Shown here piece after piece: positions 19,411-29,185 of a stretch of DNA of 64,000 nucleotides; positions within the stretch are counted from its first letter, which is position 1, and each line of letters opens with the position of its first letter. A model generated the notes under the pieces. The model saw only the letters and a program-made list of their open reading frames with translations, did no database searches and was not told where the DNA came from. The translations under genes and the position numbers were made by a program. The stretch lies in contig OZ245046.1 of assembly GCA_965224245.1 (NCBI GenBank), positions 5,024,001 to 5,088,000 on the forward strand, read 5' to 3'. Origin of the DNA: Candidatus Eiseniibacteriota bacterium. GTDB taxonomy: Bacteria; Eisenbacteria; RBG-16-71-46; CAZAMP01.

Positions 19411-20355
19411 TCAGTCGACCACGGTCAGCCTCGCGGTCTCCGCGACGTGTGATCCAGCGACGCGGACGAAGTAGACGCCGGGCGCGAGCGCGTTGCCGCG
19501 CGAGTCCCGGACGTCCCAGTGCACCACGCCCCCGGGCGTCGACGTCTCGAAGCGGTTGACCAGGCGACCGGTCACGTCGAGCACGCGCACCGACACGGGT
19601 TCGTCCGACGCGAGCCCGAGCGAGATCGTCCCTCCCGCCCGCACCGGATTGGGTCCGAGCGTGATCGGCGTCGTCCCCGGCTGGTGGGCCGGGACCGCCA
19701 CGACGGTCTCGAACGTACCGGCGACGTAGAAGTCACCCGTGGCGATCGTGTCGGTCCCCTCGAAGGCCTGACCCCAGCCCGACGACGTCAGCGTCATGAT
19801 GTAGGTCTCGTACGGCTCCAGAACGAACGTCTCGTTCACGGTGAGCGACTGATCGGCTCCCGCAGGGGCCGCGTGGAGCATCGTCCCGTCGGGGCCGACC
19901 AGGATCAGCGTGACGCCCCCGTTCCCGCCCTGAGAGAGCCCTCCGCCGATCTGGAGAACGGTCGTCTCGGTCACCGTGAAGTCCATCCGGAACGCGCTCA
20001 GCCCGAACGCCTCGGCGAACATCTCGGGATTCGCCGGATCCGCCGTGGCGTCGCCGAAGCTGTTGCCGGCCAGGAGGAGCATGTTCCCGGTCAGCTCGGA
20101 GTGCTGGCTCGCCTGCGCGTTGCCCGAGCCGTCGGGAAGCGACAGGAACTTCTGGGCGGGTGGCCCGAAGAGTCCGCCCTCGGTGCTCTGATGCTGGTCG
20201 AAGTCGGTCAGGAAGTCGGTGCCGTCGAACAGGTTCACGAAGGCGGCGGTCTGGCGATCGAAGGCGAGCGGAACGACGTCGGCGCGTGCGGAGACGGACG
20301 CGACGACGCCCAGCAGGATCGCGACAGGCACACGGCGACAGAGCATCGAGGGCAT
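19411..20355 (-). CDS. Secreted protein with C-terminal FlgD-Ig/T9SS-like domain
   Basis: GGAGG + ATG 20355; signal peptide ending SARA; GPNPVR...VLDVTGRLV...WDVRDSRG...GVYFVRV. Confidence 0.85.
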   Translation of the reverse strand: MPSMLCRRVPVAILLGVVASVSARADVVPLAFDRQTAAFVNLFDGTDFLTDFDQHQSTEGGLFGPPAQKFLSLPDGSGNAQASQHSELTGNMLLLAGNSFGDATADPANPEMFAEAFGLSAFRMDFTVTETTVLQIGGGLSQGGNGGVTLILVGPDGTMLHAAPAGADQSLTVNETFVLEPYETYIMTLTSSGWGQAFEGTDTIATGDFYVAGTFETVVAVPAHQPGTTPITLGPNPVRAGGTISLGLASDEPVSVRVLDVTGRLVNRFETSTPGGVVHWDVRDSRGNALAPGVYFVRVAGSHVAETARLTVVD

Positions 20356-20613
20356 GGTTCCTCCGGTTCGACACGGGTGGTCCGGCTCAGGTCTACCGTG
20401 GAGACGCGAGGTCGCGGGAGAATGATACCGCGTACCGGAAAGCACCGGCCGGGCCACCCCATCGGACCGCCCCTGGACCGGGGCGCCGGTGTGTCGAGTG
20501 CCGCCGGCGAGTGATCGCGGGATCGACGCTGGATGTCCATCGTGATATAGGGGTAAGAGATACGGGCAGTTCCGGCGCATCGGTGCCCGAGAGCCGGAGA
20601 GCGAGATCGAGAC

Positions 20614-21525
20614 ATGATGACCGAACTCGGCATTGGCCTCCTCGGCGTGGCGCTCGGCATCGCCGCCGGCCCCCGGCTGCGCGCGCTCGTGCGCCGCGTG
20701 GCCCGCGACCGCGGCGGCGACCCCACGACGCCGCCCGGCGGCTCCCAGCGCCGGATCCATCTGGTCGGGCCCCCGACCGACGAGAGCGAGCACCTGGACA
20801 AGATGGCGGCCATCGGCATGCTCGCCGCCGGGATCGCCCACGAGATCAAGACGCCGCTCGGCGCGGCCACGAGCATGCAGGAGACGCGAAAGCGCGCCCA
20901 GACGAAGCTCCTGGCCGCGGTGGAGAACGGCGACGACGAGACCGACGAGGACGGGTCGGCCAAGCTCCTCGGCATCATCGGCGACGCCGACGAGGTGATC
21001 GACACCGCACTCGAGCGCGTGGCCGCGATCGTGAACGAGCTGCGGCAGGTCGCCCGTCACGAGGCGTCCGAGCCCGAGCGGCTCGACGTCACCGAGCCCA
21101 TCGAGAGCGCGCTCACCCTGGCCTGGCACAAGCTGAAGGGACGGGTGACCATCGAGCGGGACTTCGCCCCCCGCGCGGACGTGATCGGGCATCCCGGCAA
21201 GCTGAGTCAGGTGTTCCTGAACCTCTTCGTGAACGCCGCGCAGGCCATCGAGGACTCGGGGACGCTTCGCATCACCGTGACGCGGGACGAGAACCGCGTC
21301 CGGGTCGACGTCACCGACACCGGTAGCGGGATCGATCCCTCCCGGCTGGATGCGATCTTCGAGATGGGCTTCACGACCAAGTCGGCCGCCGAGGGTACGG
21401 GTCTCGGTCTGGCGATCTCCCGCCGGATCGTCGAAGCGCACGGCGGGACGCTGTCGGTGTCGAGCGCACCGGGCACGGGATCCACGTTCACGGTCTCGCT
21501 CCCCGCCGCGGACTCGGTGGCGTGA
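20614..21525 (+). CDS. Histidine kinase (one N-terminal TM, DHp, HATPase; no obvious sensor domain)
   Basis: AGIAHEIKTPL, QVFLNLFVNA, DTGSGI, FTTK..GTGLGL. Confidence 0.92.
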   Translation: MMTELGIGLLGVALGIAAGPRLRALVRRVARDRGGDPTTPPGGSQRRIHLVGPPTDESEHLDKMAAIGMLAAGIAHEIKTPLGAATSMQETRKRAQTKLLAAVENGDDETDEDGSAKLLGIIGDADEVIDTALERVAAIVNELRQVARHEASEPERLDVTEPIESALTLAWHKLKGRVTIERDFAPRADVIGHPGKLSQVFLNLFVNAAQAIEDSGTLRITVTRDENRVRVDVTDTGSGIDPSRLDAIFEMGFTTKSAAEGTGLGLAISRRIVEAHGGTLSVSSAPGTGSTFTVSLPAADSVA

Positions 21526-24263
21526 GGGTCCTCGGCCGGATCTTCCCCGTTCGACCCGACGAGATCGCGCTCGTGACGCTGATGGCGGCGGGGTACGGGG
21601 TCGTCCTGATGACCCAGTACTTCCTGAAGCCGGCGCGCGACGCGATGTTCCTGATCGCGCTGAGCCCTTCGCAGCTCCCGATCGTGTTCATGTTGACCGC
21701 GCTGATCGCCGCGCCGGTCGCGTCGATCTTCTCCCGCGCGAGCCGGTCGACGTCGCTGCCGCGACTGGTCGTCCGGACGTTTCTGACGTTGACGGCGAGC
21801 ATCCTGGGGCTGCGTGCGCTGCTCTCGTTCGATTCCCCGTGGGTCTACTACCTCTTCTACGCATGGGTCGGCGTCTTCGGCGTGCTGTCGACGTCGCAGT
21901 TCTGGCTTCTGGCCGGCGCGGTGTTCGACGCCTCGCAGGCCAAGCGCCTGTTCACGTTGATCGGGGCCGTGGGCATCCTGGGGGCGATCCTGGGAGGTGA
22001 GGCCACGCGCTGGTGCGTCGAGTCGCTGGGCGTGTCCACGCCCGATCTCCTGTACGTGGCCGCCGGGCTGTGCGGCACGGTGACGCTTCTGATCCTCGCC
22101 GTCCGGCGGACGGCGCCGAGCGATCTCGGCCGGGCCCCGCGACGCGCCACCGACGACGGCGAGGACACCCGCGCAGGCCGGCTCTTCTCCACGATCAGGC
22201 GATCGCGGCACCTCCAGCTGACGGTGGGGATCATCGCCGCCGCGATCCTCACCGGCACGTTCGTGGACTACCTGTTCAAGACGCTGAGCTACGAGGCGAT
22301 CTCGAACGAGGACGGGCTCACCGCGTTTCTCGCGCGCTTCTACTCCACGGTGAACATGGCCTCGCTGCTCCTTCAGCTCCTGGCCACGAACGCGGTGCTT
22401 CGCCGCTTCGGGGCGGCCGGCGCGCTGGCCATCTTGCCGGTGCTGCTGACGCTCGGCGGGATCGGTGTGCTGATCGTGCCCTCCCTGATGGCGGTGAGCC
22501 TGCTGCGTGGCAGCGACATGGCGCTCAAGTACTCGCTGGACAAGACGGGACGGGAGCTGCTCTTCCTGCCGGTCCCGATCGAGCTCAAGCGCCGGACGAA
22601 GCTCTTCATCGATCTCTTCGTGGACAGGTGGTTCCGGGGCTTCGCCGGCCTCCTCTTGCTGGTGATCACGACCGCGCTGGGCGGTCGCTCGGTGGCGCTC
22701 TCCATCGTGATCGTCGTCGCGGCCGCGGTGTGGCTCGTGCTCGTCGTGCGCATGCGCTCGGAGTACCTCGAGTCGTTTCGGCGTGCGATCGAGCGCCGCG
22801 AGCTGGACCTGAGCGACGTCCCGCTGAACCTCCGCGAGAGCGCGGCGGTGAACTCGCTCCTGACCTCGCTGGACAGCGAGAACCCACGTCAGGTCGTCTA
22901 TGCGCTGGAGACGCTGCGATCGGCGGCGGGCGTCGATCTCGTGTCGCGGGTCGGTGCGCTCCTGTCGCATTCCACTCCGGACGTGCGCGCCGCGGCGTTG
23001 CGGGTGCTGATCGAGAAGGGTGACGGGAGCTGGCGGGCCACCGTTTCGGAGCTCCTGGAGGACCCGGATCCCGTGGTGGGTCGCGAGGCCGTTCGCTACC
23101 TCGTGGAGCACGGGGACGACGCGACCGAGCTGCTGGACGAGCTGCGCGGGGCCGGATCGCCCGCCGTCGTGGACGCGACGTGGGCCTACCTCGCGGCGTT
23201 CGGCTCCTCCGCGGTCTGCGACGCGCTATCGGACGACGCGCTCGAGGTGAGTATCGGCGCGGTCGGTCGCGCGCGCGACGTCCACGTCGCCTGCGTGCTC
23301 GGTCGCCGTACCCAGGCCGGCGACACGACCCGGCTCGAGACGCTCCTGGACCACACGGACCCCGACGTGGTTCGCGCGGTGCTCGCGAGCATCGGTCGCC
23401 GGCGACTCCTGTCGATGTACGCCCGGGTCGAGGCGGCGCTCGCACGGCGCGCGGTCCGGCCCGCGGCCCGCGAGACGCTGGAGGCGTTCGGCGCGGAGGC
23501 GGTCCCGCTGATCGCCGGGGGGCTGGCGGACCCCGCGCGGCCGCTGATCGTGCGCCGTTCGCTCGTGCGAGCCCTGGGCGAGATCGTTGAGCCCACGGCG
23601 GCCGACGCCCTCCTCGACGCGCTCCGGGATGGTGCGCCCGAGCTCCGGGGGGACGTGCTCCGCGCGCTGAACGTGCTCCGGACCGCCGATCCCCGTCTCG
23701 CGTTCGAGCCGCGGGTCATTCGCCAGGCGATCGATCGCGAGATCGCGCTCTCCGAAGCGGCGCTCACCACCGCGCCCCTGTTCGCGAGCCCGTCCAGCGA
23801 GCCCGAGCGGTTGTTCGCACGGGCGCTCGGGGAGCGCGCGGCCGCCGCGCGCGGCCGCGTGTTCGAGCTCCTGGCGCTCGAGTTCCCCGTCCGGGACATT
23901 CGCAACGCGGCGCTCGCCCTGATGAGCGAGTCCCGCGAGACGCGGGCCAACGCCCGGGAGTTCCTCGAGCAGCTGCTTCCAGTCGATCTCCGGGCACCCA
24001 TTCTGAGAGTCGCGCGCGGAGCCAGGCGCGTGGCGGAGCGCGACCCGAGTGCCGGCCGCCCCGCGCCCCGCGCGGCGGAGCGGGAGGCGGCGCTCTCGTT
24101 CTACCTGGCCGGCGAGGATGCCTGGCTGAAGAGCTGCGCGCTCCTGGTGAGCGCCGAGATGCCGACAGACGTGCTGCGCGAGCTGGGTCGGCGCGCCCGG
24201 TCCGATCCGTCTCCGATGGTCCGCGAGACGGCTGCTCTGGTGACGGCCGCGGGCTCGGAGTAG
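21522..24263 (+). CDS. NTT/TLC (Npt1/Npt2-like) transporter fused to HEAT repeats
   Basis: YFLKPARDAMF, SQFWLLA...QAKRLF, KYSLDKTGRELLFLP, K.FID; about 12 TM followed by HEAT-like repeats; GTGA overlap with the kinase. Confidence 0.88.
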   Translation: MRVLGRIFPVRPDEIALVTLMAAGYGVVLMTQYFLKPARDAMFLIALSPSQLPIVFMLTALIAAPVASIFSRASRSTSLPRLVVRTFLTLTASILGLRALLSFDSPWVYYLFYAWVGVFGVLSTSQFWLLAGAVFDASQAKRLFTLIGAVGILGAILGGEATRWCVESLGVSTPDLLYVAAGLCGTVTLLILAVRRTAPSDLGRAPRRATDDGEDTRAGRLFSTIRRSRHLQLTVGIIAAAILTGTFVDYLFKTLSYEAISNEDGLTAFLARFYSTVNMASLLLQLLATNAVLRRFGAAGALAILPVLLTLGGIGVLIVPSLMAVSLLRGSDMALKYSLDKTGRELLFLPVPIELKRRTKLFIDLFVDRWFRGFAGLLLLVITTALGGRSVALSIVIVVAAAVWLVLVVRMRSEYLESFRRAIERRELDLSDVPLNLRESAAVNSLLTSLDSENPRQVVYALETLRSAAGVDLVSRVGALLSHSTPDVRAAALRVLIEKGDGSWRATVSELLEDPDPVVGREAVRYLVEHGDDATELLDELRGAGSPAVVDATWAYLAAFGSSAVCDALSDDALEVSIGAVGRARDVHVACVLGRRTQAGDTTRLETLLDHTDPDVVRAVLASIGRRRLLSMYARVEAALARRAVRPAARETLEAFGAEAVPLIAGGLADPARPLIVRRSLVRALGEIVEPTAADALLDALRDGAPELRGDVLRALNVLRTADPRLAFEPRVIRQAIDREIALSEAALTTAPLFASPSSEPERLFARALGERAAAARGRVFELLALEFPVRDIRNAALALMSESRETRANAREFLEQLLPVDLRAPILRVARGARRVAERDPSAGRPAPRAAEREAALSFYLAGEDAWLKSCALLVSAEMPTDVLRELGRRARSDPSPMVRETAALVTAAGSE

Positions 24264-24272
24264 CATCCCGCC

Positions 24273-24695
24273 ATGCTCACCGTGATCGAGAAGGTCATCC
24301 TGCTTCAGAACGTGGACCTGTTCCGCGAGGTGCCCACCGAGGAGCTGTCGCTGCTGGCGACCATCGCCGAGGAGCGTTCGTTCCTGGAGGGAGACATCAT
24401 CTTCCGGGAGAACGACGCGGCCAACGCGCTCTACCTAGTGATCGACGGTCGCGTGCGCCTCCACCAGGACACGCGCGAGATCTTCGTGGCCGGTCCGCGC
24501 GATCCGTTCGGGACCTGGGCGCTGTTCGACGACGAGCCTCGCGTGGTCACGGCCACCGTCATCGCCGACGCCCGGCTCCTTCGCGTGGACCGGCGTGACT
24601 TCGTGGATCTCCTGGCCGACAACGTCCAGATCGCACAGTCCTTGATCCGAACGGTCGCGCGCCGACTACGCGCCTTGGCGGGCCGCGTTTCGTGA
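24273..24695 (+). CDS. Stand-alone cyclic-nucleotide-binding domain protein
   Basis: IEKVILLQNVDLF, IFREND...LYLVIDGRV, FGTWALFDDEPR. Confidence 0.9.
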   Translation: MLTVIEKVILLQNVDLFREVPTEELSLLATIAEERSFLEGDIIFRENDAANALYLVIDGRVRLHQDTREIFVAGPRDPFGTWALFDDEPRVVTATVIADARLLRVDRRDFVDLLADNVQIAQSLIRTVARRLRALAGRVS

Positions 24696-24818
24696 GCGCC
24701 GCCGGATCCGGTGTGGTAGAGTCTCCGCTCGAAACCAGCTGCATCAACCAGCAGCCGGACACGAAGGCCCCAGGCGGATCAGCCACGGCGCAGGTCGCGG
24801 TGGCCCACGACGAGGCCC

Positions 24819-25295
24819 ATGACCACCGACAGCTCGTTGATCGTCGTCGTCGACGACGAAGACATGGTGCTGACGAGCCTCGAGTCGTTCCTGTCGCTCG
24901 AGACCGAGTACGACGTCCACACGTTCCGATCCCCGGACGCCGCGCTCGCGTTCGCGCGCGAGCACGAGGTCGACCTCGTGATGTCCGACTACCTGATGCC
25001 GGAGATGGACGGGATCACCCTCCTCGGGAAGTTCAAGGAGATCCATCCGTCGGCGCCTCGCATTCTCCTCACCGGATACGCCGACAAGGAGAACGCGATC
25101 AAGGCGATCAACGAGGTCGGGCTGTTTCAGTACATCGAAAAGCCGTGGAACAACGCCGATCTCCTGATCATCCTCCGCAACGGACTCGAGCGACACCGTC
25201 TGATGAAGACGCTGGACGAGAAGATCGACGAGATCAATCGCGCGTACGGACAGCTTCAGGGCCTCCAGAAAGACATCCTGAAGACGTTCATCTAG
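24819..25295 (+). CDS. Response regulator (REC domain plus short coiled coil)
   Basis: VVDDE, MSDYLMPEMDG, LTGY, KPW. Confidence 0.93.
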   Translation: MTTDSSLIVVVDDEDMVLTSLESFLSLETEYDVHTFRSPDAALAFAREHEVDLVMSDYLMPEMDGITLLGKFKEIHPSAPRILLTGYADKENAIKAINEVGLFQYIEKPWNNADLLIILRNGLERHRLMKTLDEKIDEINRAYGQLQGLQKDILKTFI

Positions 25296-25423
25296 GAGTC
25301 ACGGCCGTGGATGTCAGACGATCGGTTCGACATCGGAGAGGCACCGCCCCGGGGGCGAGCACGAGCCCGTTTCCGATCCGCCCGCGAGTGCGCGTGCGGT
25401 CCCGCCGAGCGGCCGCCCACCGG

Positions 25424-26668
25424 ATGGTGTCCGTGGTGGCCGGCCTGTCCGCGGGCGTTGCCATCCACGCCGAGGCCATGGACATCAGCGAGCTCTACAT
25501 CAGTGGCTTCGTCAGTCAGGGCTACGTCAACACGAGCGAGAACGACTTTCGGCTACCCAACGCCACCGAGGGGACGTTCGACTTCAACGAGGCGGCCATC
25601 GCCGTCTCGGTCATGCCGAGCCCTCGCTTCCGGGTCGGGATCCAGTTCACCGCACGCGACTTCGGCGACAATGGCAACAACCAGGTCATGCTGGACTGGG
25701 GATACGGCGACTTCCGCTGGCGGGACGAGCTGGGCATTCGCGCGGGCAAGGTCAAGGTCACCTGGGGGCTGTTCAACCATCTTCGTGACCTGGACTTCGC
25801 GCGCACGTCGATCTTCCTGCCGCACAGCGTCTACAACGAGGACCTGCGCGACTTCGCGCTCGCGGTGCAGGGCGCCTCGATCTATGGAAATGCGTGTGGC
25901 GGCGAGACAGGTAACCTCGACTACGAGGTCTACGCCGGCGCCTACAACGTACCCGATCCGGATCAAGGGCTCTGGAACACCGAGTGGCGGTACGCGGGGC
26001 AGCAGATCGCGGCCGCATTCGAGGGGATGGACGGAATCGCCGGCGCGCGCTTCGGGGGTGTTCTCGAGCCGAGCGTCCACTTTCCGTGGGCGATCGGCGG
26101 GTCGTTGTTCTGGAACACGCCGGTGGTGGGTCTTCGCGTGGGTACCAGCTGGATCAGGACCGAAGCCGAGGGGTCGGCCCGCCTCATCTTCGATCTGGAG
26201 CTCGAGAACGACGACGGGACCATCGACCAGACCCGCACCGACGTCGTGACGCGTTTCGAGTCGCACGTCGATCAGCTGGCGGTGCACTCGATCGAGTACG
26301 TGCACGGCCGCCTGGCGTTGTCCGCGGAGTATTACCGTGAGGTCATCGGCTATCCCGCGTCCGACGGGTGGTACGCGATGGTCGGCTACGAGCTGACGGA
26401 CTGGCTGACACTGGGCGGGTACCGCGCGGTCTCCCATCGAAACATCCACGATCGCGACGGCACGAAGTCCGCCACCGAGGAGGAGCCCGCCGAGGCCTGG
26501 TACCTGAAGGACTGGACGGCCACGGCGCGGGTCGACATCCTCGACAACTGGCTGGTGAAGCTCGAGTACCATCGGATGCACGGCCTCGGCTTCCTGGAAC
26601 GGGCGCTCGCCGGGGAGGGCGACGCGGACTGGGACATCCTCGCCGTGAAGAGCACGGTGCACTTCTAG
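25424..26668 (+). CDS. Outer-membrane porin-like beta-barrel
   Basis: Signal-like N-terminus; ISGFVSQGY, LDWGYGD, IRAGKVK..GLFN, LVKLEYH; terminal Phe (STVHF). An in-frame GTG at 25307 with AGGAG is an alternative start. Confidence 0.8.
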   Translation: MVSVVAGLSAGVAIHAEAMDISELYISGFVSQGYVNTSENDFRLPNATEGTFDFNEAAIAVSVMPSPRFRVGIQFTARDFGDNGNNQVMLDWGYGDFRWRDELGIRAGKVKVTWGLFNHLRDLDFARTSIFLPHSVYNEDLRDFALAVQGASIYGNACGGETGNLDYEVYAGAYNVPDPDQGLWNTEWRYAGQQIAAAFEGMDGIAGARFGGVLEPSVHFPWAIGGSLFWNTPVVGLRVGTSWIRTEAEGSARLIFDLELENDDGTIDQTRTDVVTRFESHVDQLAVHSIEYVHGRLALSAEYYREVIGYPASDGWYAMVGYELTDWLTLGGYRAVSHRNIHDRDGTKSATEEEPAEAWYLKDWTATARVDILDNWLVKLEYHRMHGLGFLERALAGEGDADWDILAVKSTVHF

Positions 26669-26682
26669 TGGGGAGGCTCGAC

Positions 26683-27123
26683 GTGCGAAGCTTCGCCAGA
26701 CTTCTCGCCGTGCTGCTGGCGGTTCTCGTCCTCACTCCGTTCGATCCGGTCACGTCGGTTGCGTCGGCCGAGGTTCACCTGATCGCACACCCGTCGGTGC
26801 CGGACGACACCCTCGCGGTCTCCGACGTACAGCGAATCTACCTGGGCAAGCGCAGCCGCTGGAGCGATCGATCCGCGGTCGTGCCCTCGATGCTGTCCGG
26901 CGGCGACGTGCACGAGACGTTCGTGTCGGAGATGCTGGGCCGGTCGGTGAGCCGGTTCGACAGCTTCTGGAAGCAGGCCGTCTTCACCGGGAAAGGCATC
27001 CCGCCGAAGTCGTTCGACAGCGAGGAGGCGATCCTCGCGTTCGTGGCCTCGACCCCCGGCGCGATCGGATACGTGTCCGACACCGTCCAGGTGGACGGCG
27101 TTCGGATCATCGTCGTCGAGTAG
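26683..27123 (+). CDS. Small exported PstS-like binding-fold protein
   Basis: GGGAGG + GTG; signal peptide; IYLGK..RW; FWKQAVFTGKG.PP; VASTPGAIGYV. Confidence 0.85.
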   Translation: MRSFARLLAVLLAVLVLTPFDPVTSVASAEVHLIAHPSVPDDTLAVSDVQRIYLGKRSRWSDRSAVVPSMLSGGDVHETFVSEMLGRSVSRFDSFWKQAVFTGKGIPPKSFDSEEAILAFVASTPGAIGYVSDTVQVDGVRIIVVE

Positions 27124-27136
27124 CCGTGGAGCTCGC

Positions 27137-29185
27137 GTGAAGTTCACGCACAAGATCTTCCTGATGCCGCTCCTGGCCGCGGTGGCGTTCGCCGTCGTGT
27201 TCATGGTCGTGCGTCGAGGCACGAACGACGATCGTGCGCTCCTGGCCCAGGTCGAGGGCGGCAACTTCCGTGAGTTTGCGCTGGGTCTCCACCTCGAGCG
27301 CACGGTGCTCCAGATCCGCCAGATCCTGCTCAACGCCACCTACCTCGAGGAGATCGCCGAGATCGAGGAGGCGGACACCTACCGCGAGATCTTCACCGGG
27401 CTGATCGCCGCCGGACGCGCGGAGCCGCTCGTCGACCACCAGACGCTGGATCGCCTGGAGGGTGCGTTCCTCGAGTACTACGACCTGGCCCGATCCACCA
27501 CGGTCGATCTGATCGAGAAGGGATACGACAAGCTGGAGGAGGACGACTACGCACGCTTCGCCCAGAAGGTCGAGCGCGAGGAGGCGCTCCTGGAGGAGCT
27601 GAGACGGGTCACGCAGGCCAACGACGCGGGGATGAAGCGCGCGTTCGACACGATGTGGGAGCAGCAGGAGCGGCGGGCCCGCAGCGTCCACGTGACCATC
27701 GTCCTCGCGCTGCTGACGCTGGTGGCGCTTTCGCTGGGAGTGATCGCGTCGGTGGTCCGGCCGCTCCGTTCGATCACGCGCGCCACGGAGGCCATCGCCG
27801 ACGGCAAGCTCGACGAGACGATCGATTACCGTTCCCAGGACGATCTCGGACGTCTCGCGGGGTCGTTCAGATGCATGCAGCAGAGCCTGAGCGACGAGTT
27901 CGAGCGGCGATCCCGGGCCGAGAGCGCGCTTCGCCTCAGCGAGGAGCGGCTGGAGCTTGCGTTCCACGTGGCGTCGGACGGGCTCTGGGACTACGACGTG
28001 CCGAACGAGTCGCTGTACATGAGCCCGCGGTTCTTCGAGCTGCTCGGCTACGAGCCCGAGGAGCTGGGCGATACCATGCGGATGATCCAGGAGATCACCC
28101 ATCCCGAGGATGCAGCGGAGACCGAGGCGGCGTACGTGGCCCATCTCCGTACCGGGGAGCCGATCGACATCGAGCATCGCGTCCGGCGCAAGGACGGAAC
28201 CTGGTGCTGGATCCACGTTCGCGGCGAGGTCGTCGAGAACGATCTCCGGGGCCGTCCCCGGCGCAGCATCGGCGCGTGCACCGACATCACCTTGCGCAAG
28301 GAGGCCGAGGAGCAGCTCGCGATCGCGCAGCAGGAGCTCGTGGACGCCGCCCACAGCGCCGGGATGGCCGAGATCGCGACCAGCGTCCTCCACAACGTCG
28401 GCAACGTGCTGAATGCCGCGACCACGTCGGCCGGTGTCCTTTCGCGGACGCTGGCACAGTCCAGGGTGAACACGCTGGTCCGGCTCGCCGACGTGGTCCA
28501 CGCACACGCCGAGGACTTTCCCGAGTACGTGAGGAACGATCCCCAGGGGCGAAAGCTCCCGGGCTTCCTCGGGCAGCTGGCCGAGGTCGTGGCCGGCGAG
28601 TGGAAGCGTCTCGGCGAGGAGGTGGCCAACATCACCAAGAGCCACGACCACATCAAGGACATCATCGCCATTCAACAGAGCTACGCCGGGGTCTCGGGCG
28701 TCACCGAGGACGTGTCGCCCACGGTGCTCATCGAAGACGCCGTCCACCTCCTGGGGGCGTCGTTCGAGCGCCACCACATTCGCTTCTCGGTCGACGCCGA
28801 TCCCACCCTGCGCTCCATCCGGGTCGAGAAGCACAAGGTCATGCAGATCCTGATCAACTTGCTCAAGAACGCTCGCGACGCCCTCAAGGAGCACGGCGGG
28901 GAACGACGGATACTCGTGCGGGTGGATCGCAAGTCGGACTCCGAGATCACGATATCGGTGGTCGACAACGGGATCGGGATCTCCGCCGAGAATCTCGAGC
29001 GCGTGTTCACGTACGGCTTCACCACGAAGCCGGACGGACACGGGTACGGTCTTCACGGCAGCGCCAACGCGGCCCGCGAGATGGGTGGGTCGTTGACGGT
29101 GTCCAGCGACGGACCCGGGCGGGGAGCGACGTTCACGCTGACGCTGCCCAGGAACGAGGACACCGTGACGAGGAGGCGGGCGTGA
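27137..29185 (+). CDS. Sensor histidine kinase (TM, periplasmic domain, TM, HAMP, PAS, DHp, HATPase)
   Basis: RPLRSIT..DDLGRL (HAMP); DGLWDY..HPED (PAS); SVLHNVGNVLN; NLLKNA; FTTKPDGHGYGL. Confidence 0.93.
   Translation: MKFTHKIFLMPLLAAVAFAVVFMVVRRGTNDDRALLAQVEGGNFREFALGLHLERTVLQIRQILLNATYLEEIAEIEEADTYREIFTGLIAAGRAEPLVDHQTLDRLEGAFLEYYDLARSTTVDLIEKGYDKLEEDDYARFAQKVEREEALLEELRRVTQANDAGMKRAFDTMWEQQERRARSVHVTIVLALLTLVALSLGVIASVVRPLRSITRATEAIADGKLDETIDYRSQDDLGRLAGSFRCMQQSLSDEFERRSRAESALRLSEERLELAFHVASDGLWDYDVPNESLYMSPRFFELLGYEPEELGDTMRMIQEITHPEDAAETEAAYVAHLRTGEPIDIEHRVRRKDGTWCWIHVRGEVVENDLRGRPRRSIGACTDITLRKEAEEQLAIAQQELVDAAHSAGMAEIATSVLHNVGNVLNAATTSAGVLSRTLAQSRVNTLVRLADVVHAHAEDFPEYVRNDPQGRKLPGFLGQLAEVVAGEWKRLGEEVANITKSHDHIKDIIAIQQSYAGVSGVTEDVSPTVLIEDAVHLLGASFERHHIRFSVDADPTLRSIRVEKHKVMQILINLLKNARDALKEHGGERRILVRVDRKSDSEITISVVDNGIGISAENLERVFTYGFTTKPDGHGYGLHGSANAAREMGGSLTVSSDGPGRGATFTLTLPRNEDTVTRRRA

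Noticed and set aside
24692-25306. N-terminal part of the track's 658-aa ORF
   Set aside because: Overlaps the genuine response regulator in another frame; the porin starts at 25307 or 25424
26683-27123. Calling this gene pstS of a phosphate ABC transporter
   Set aside because: About half the size of PstS and no pstCAB nearby
27655-29181. N-terminal extension of the track's 969-aa ORF
   Set aside because: Shadow of the upstream kinase; the real start is GTG 29182 with AGGAGG
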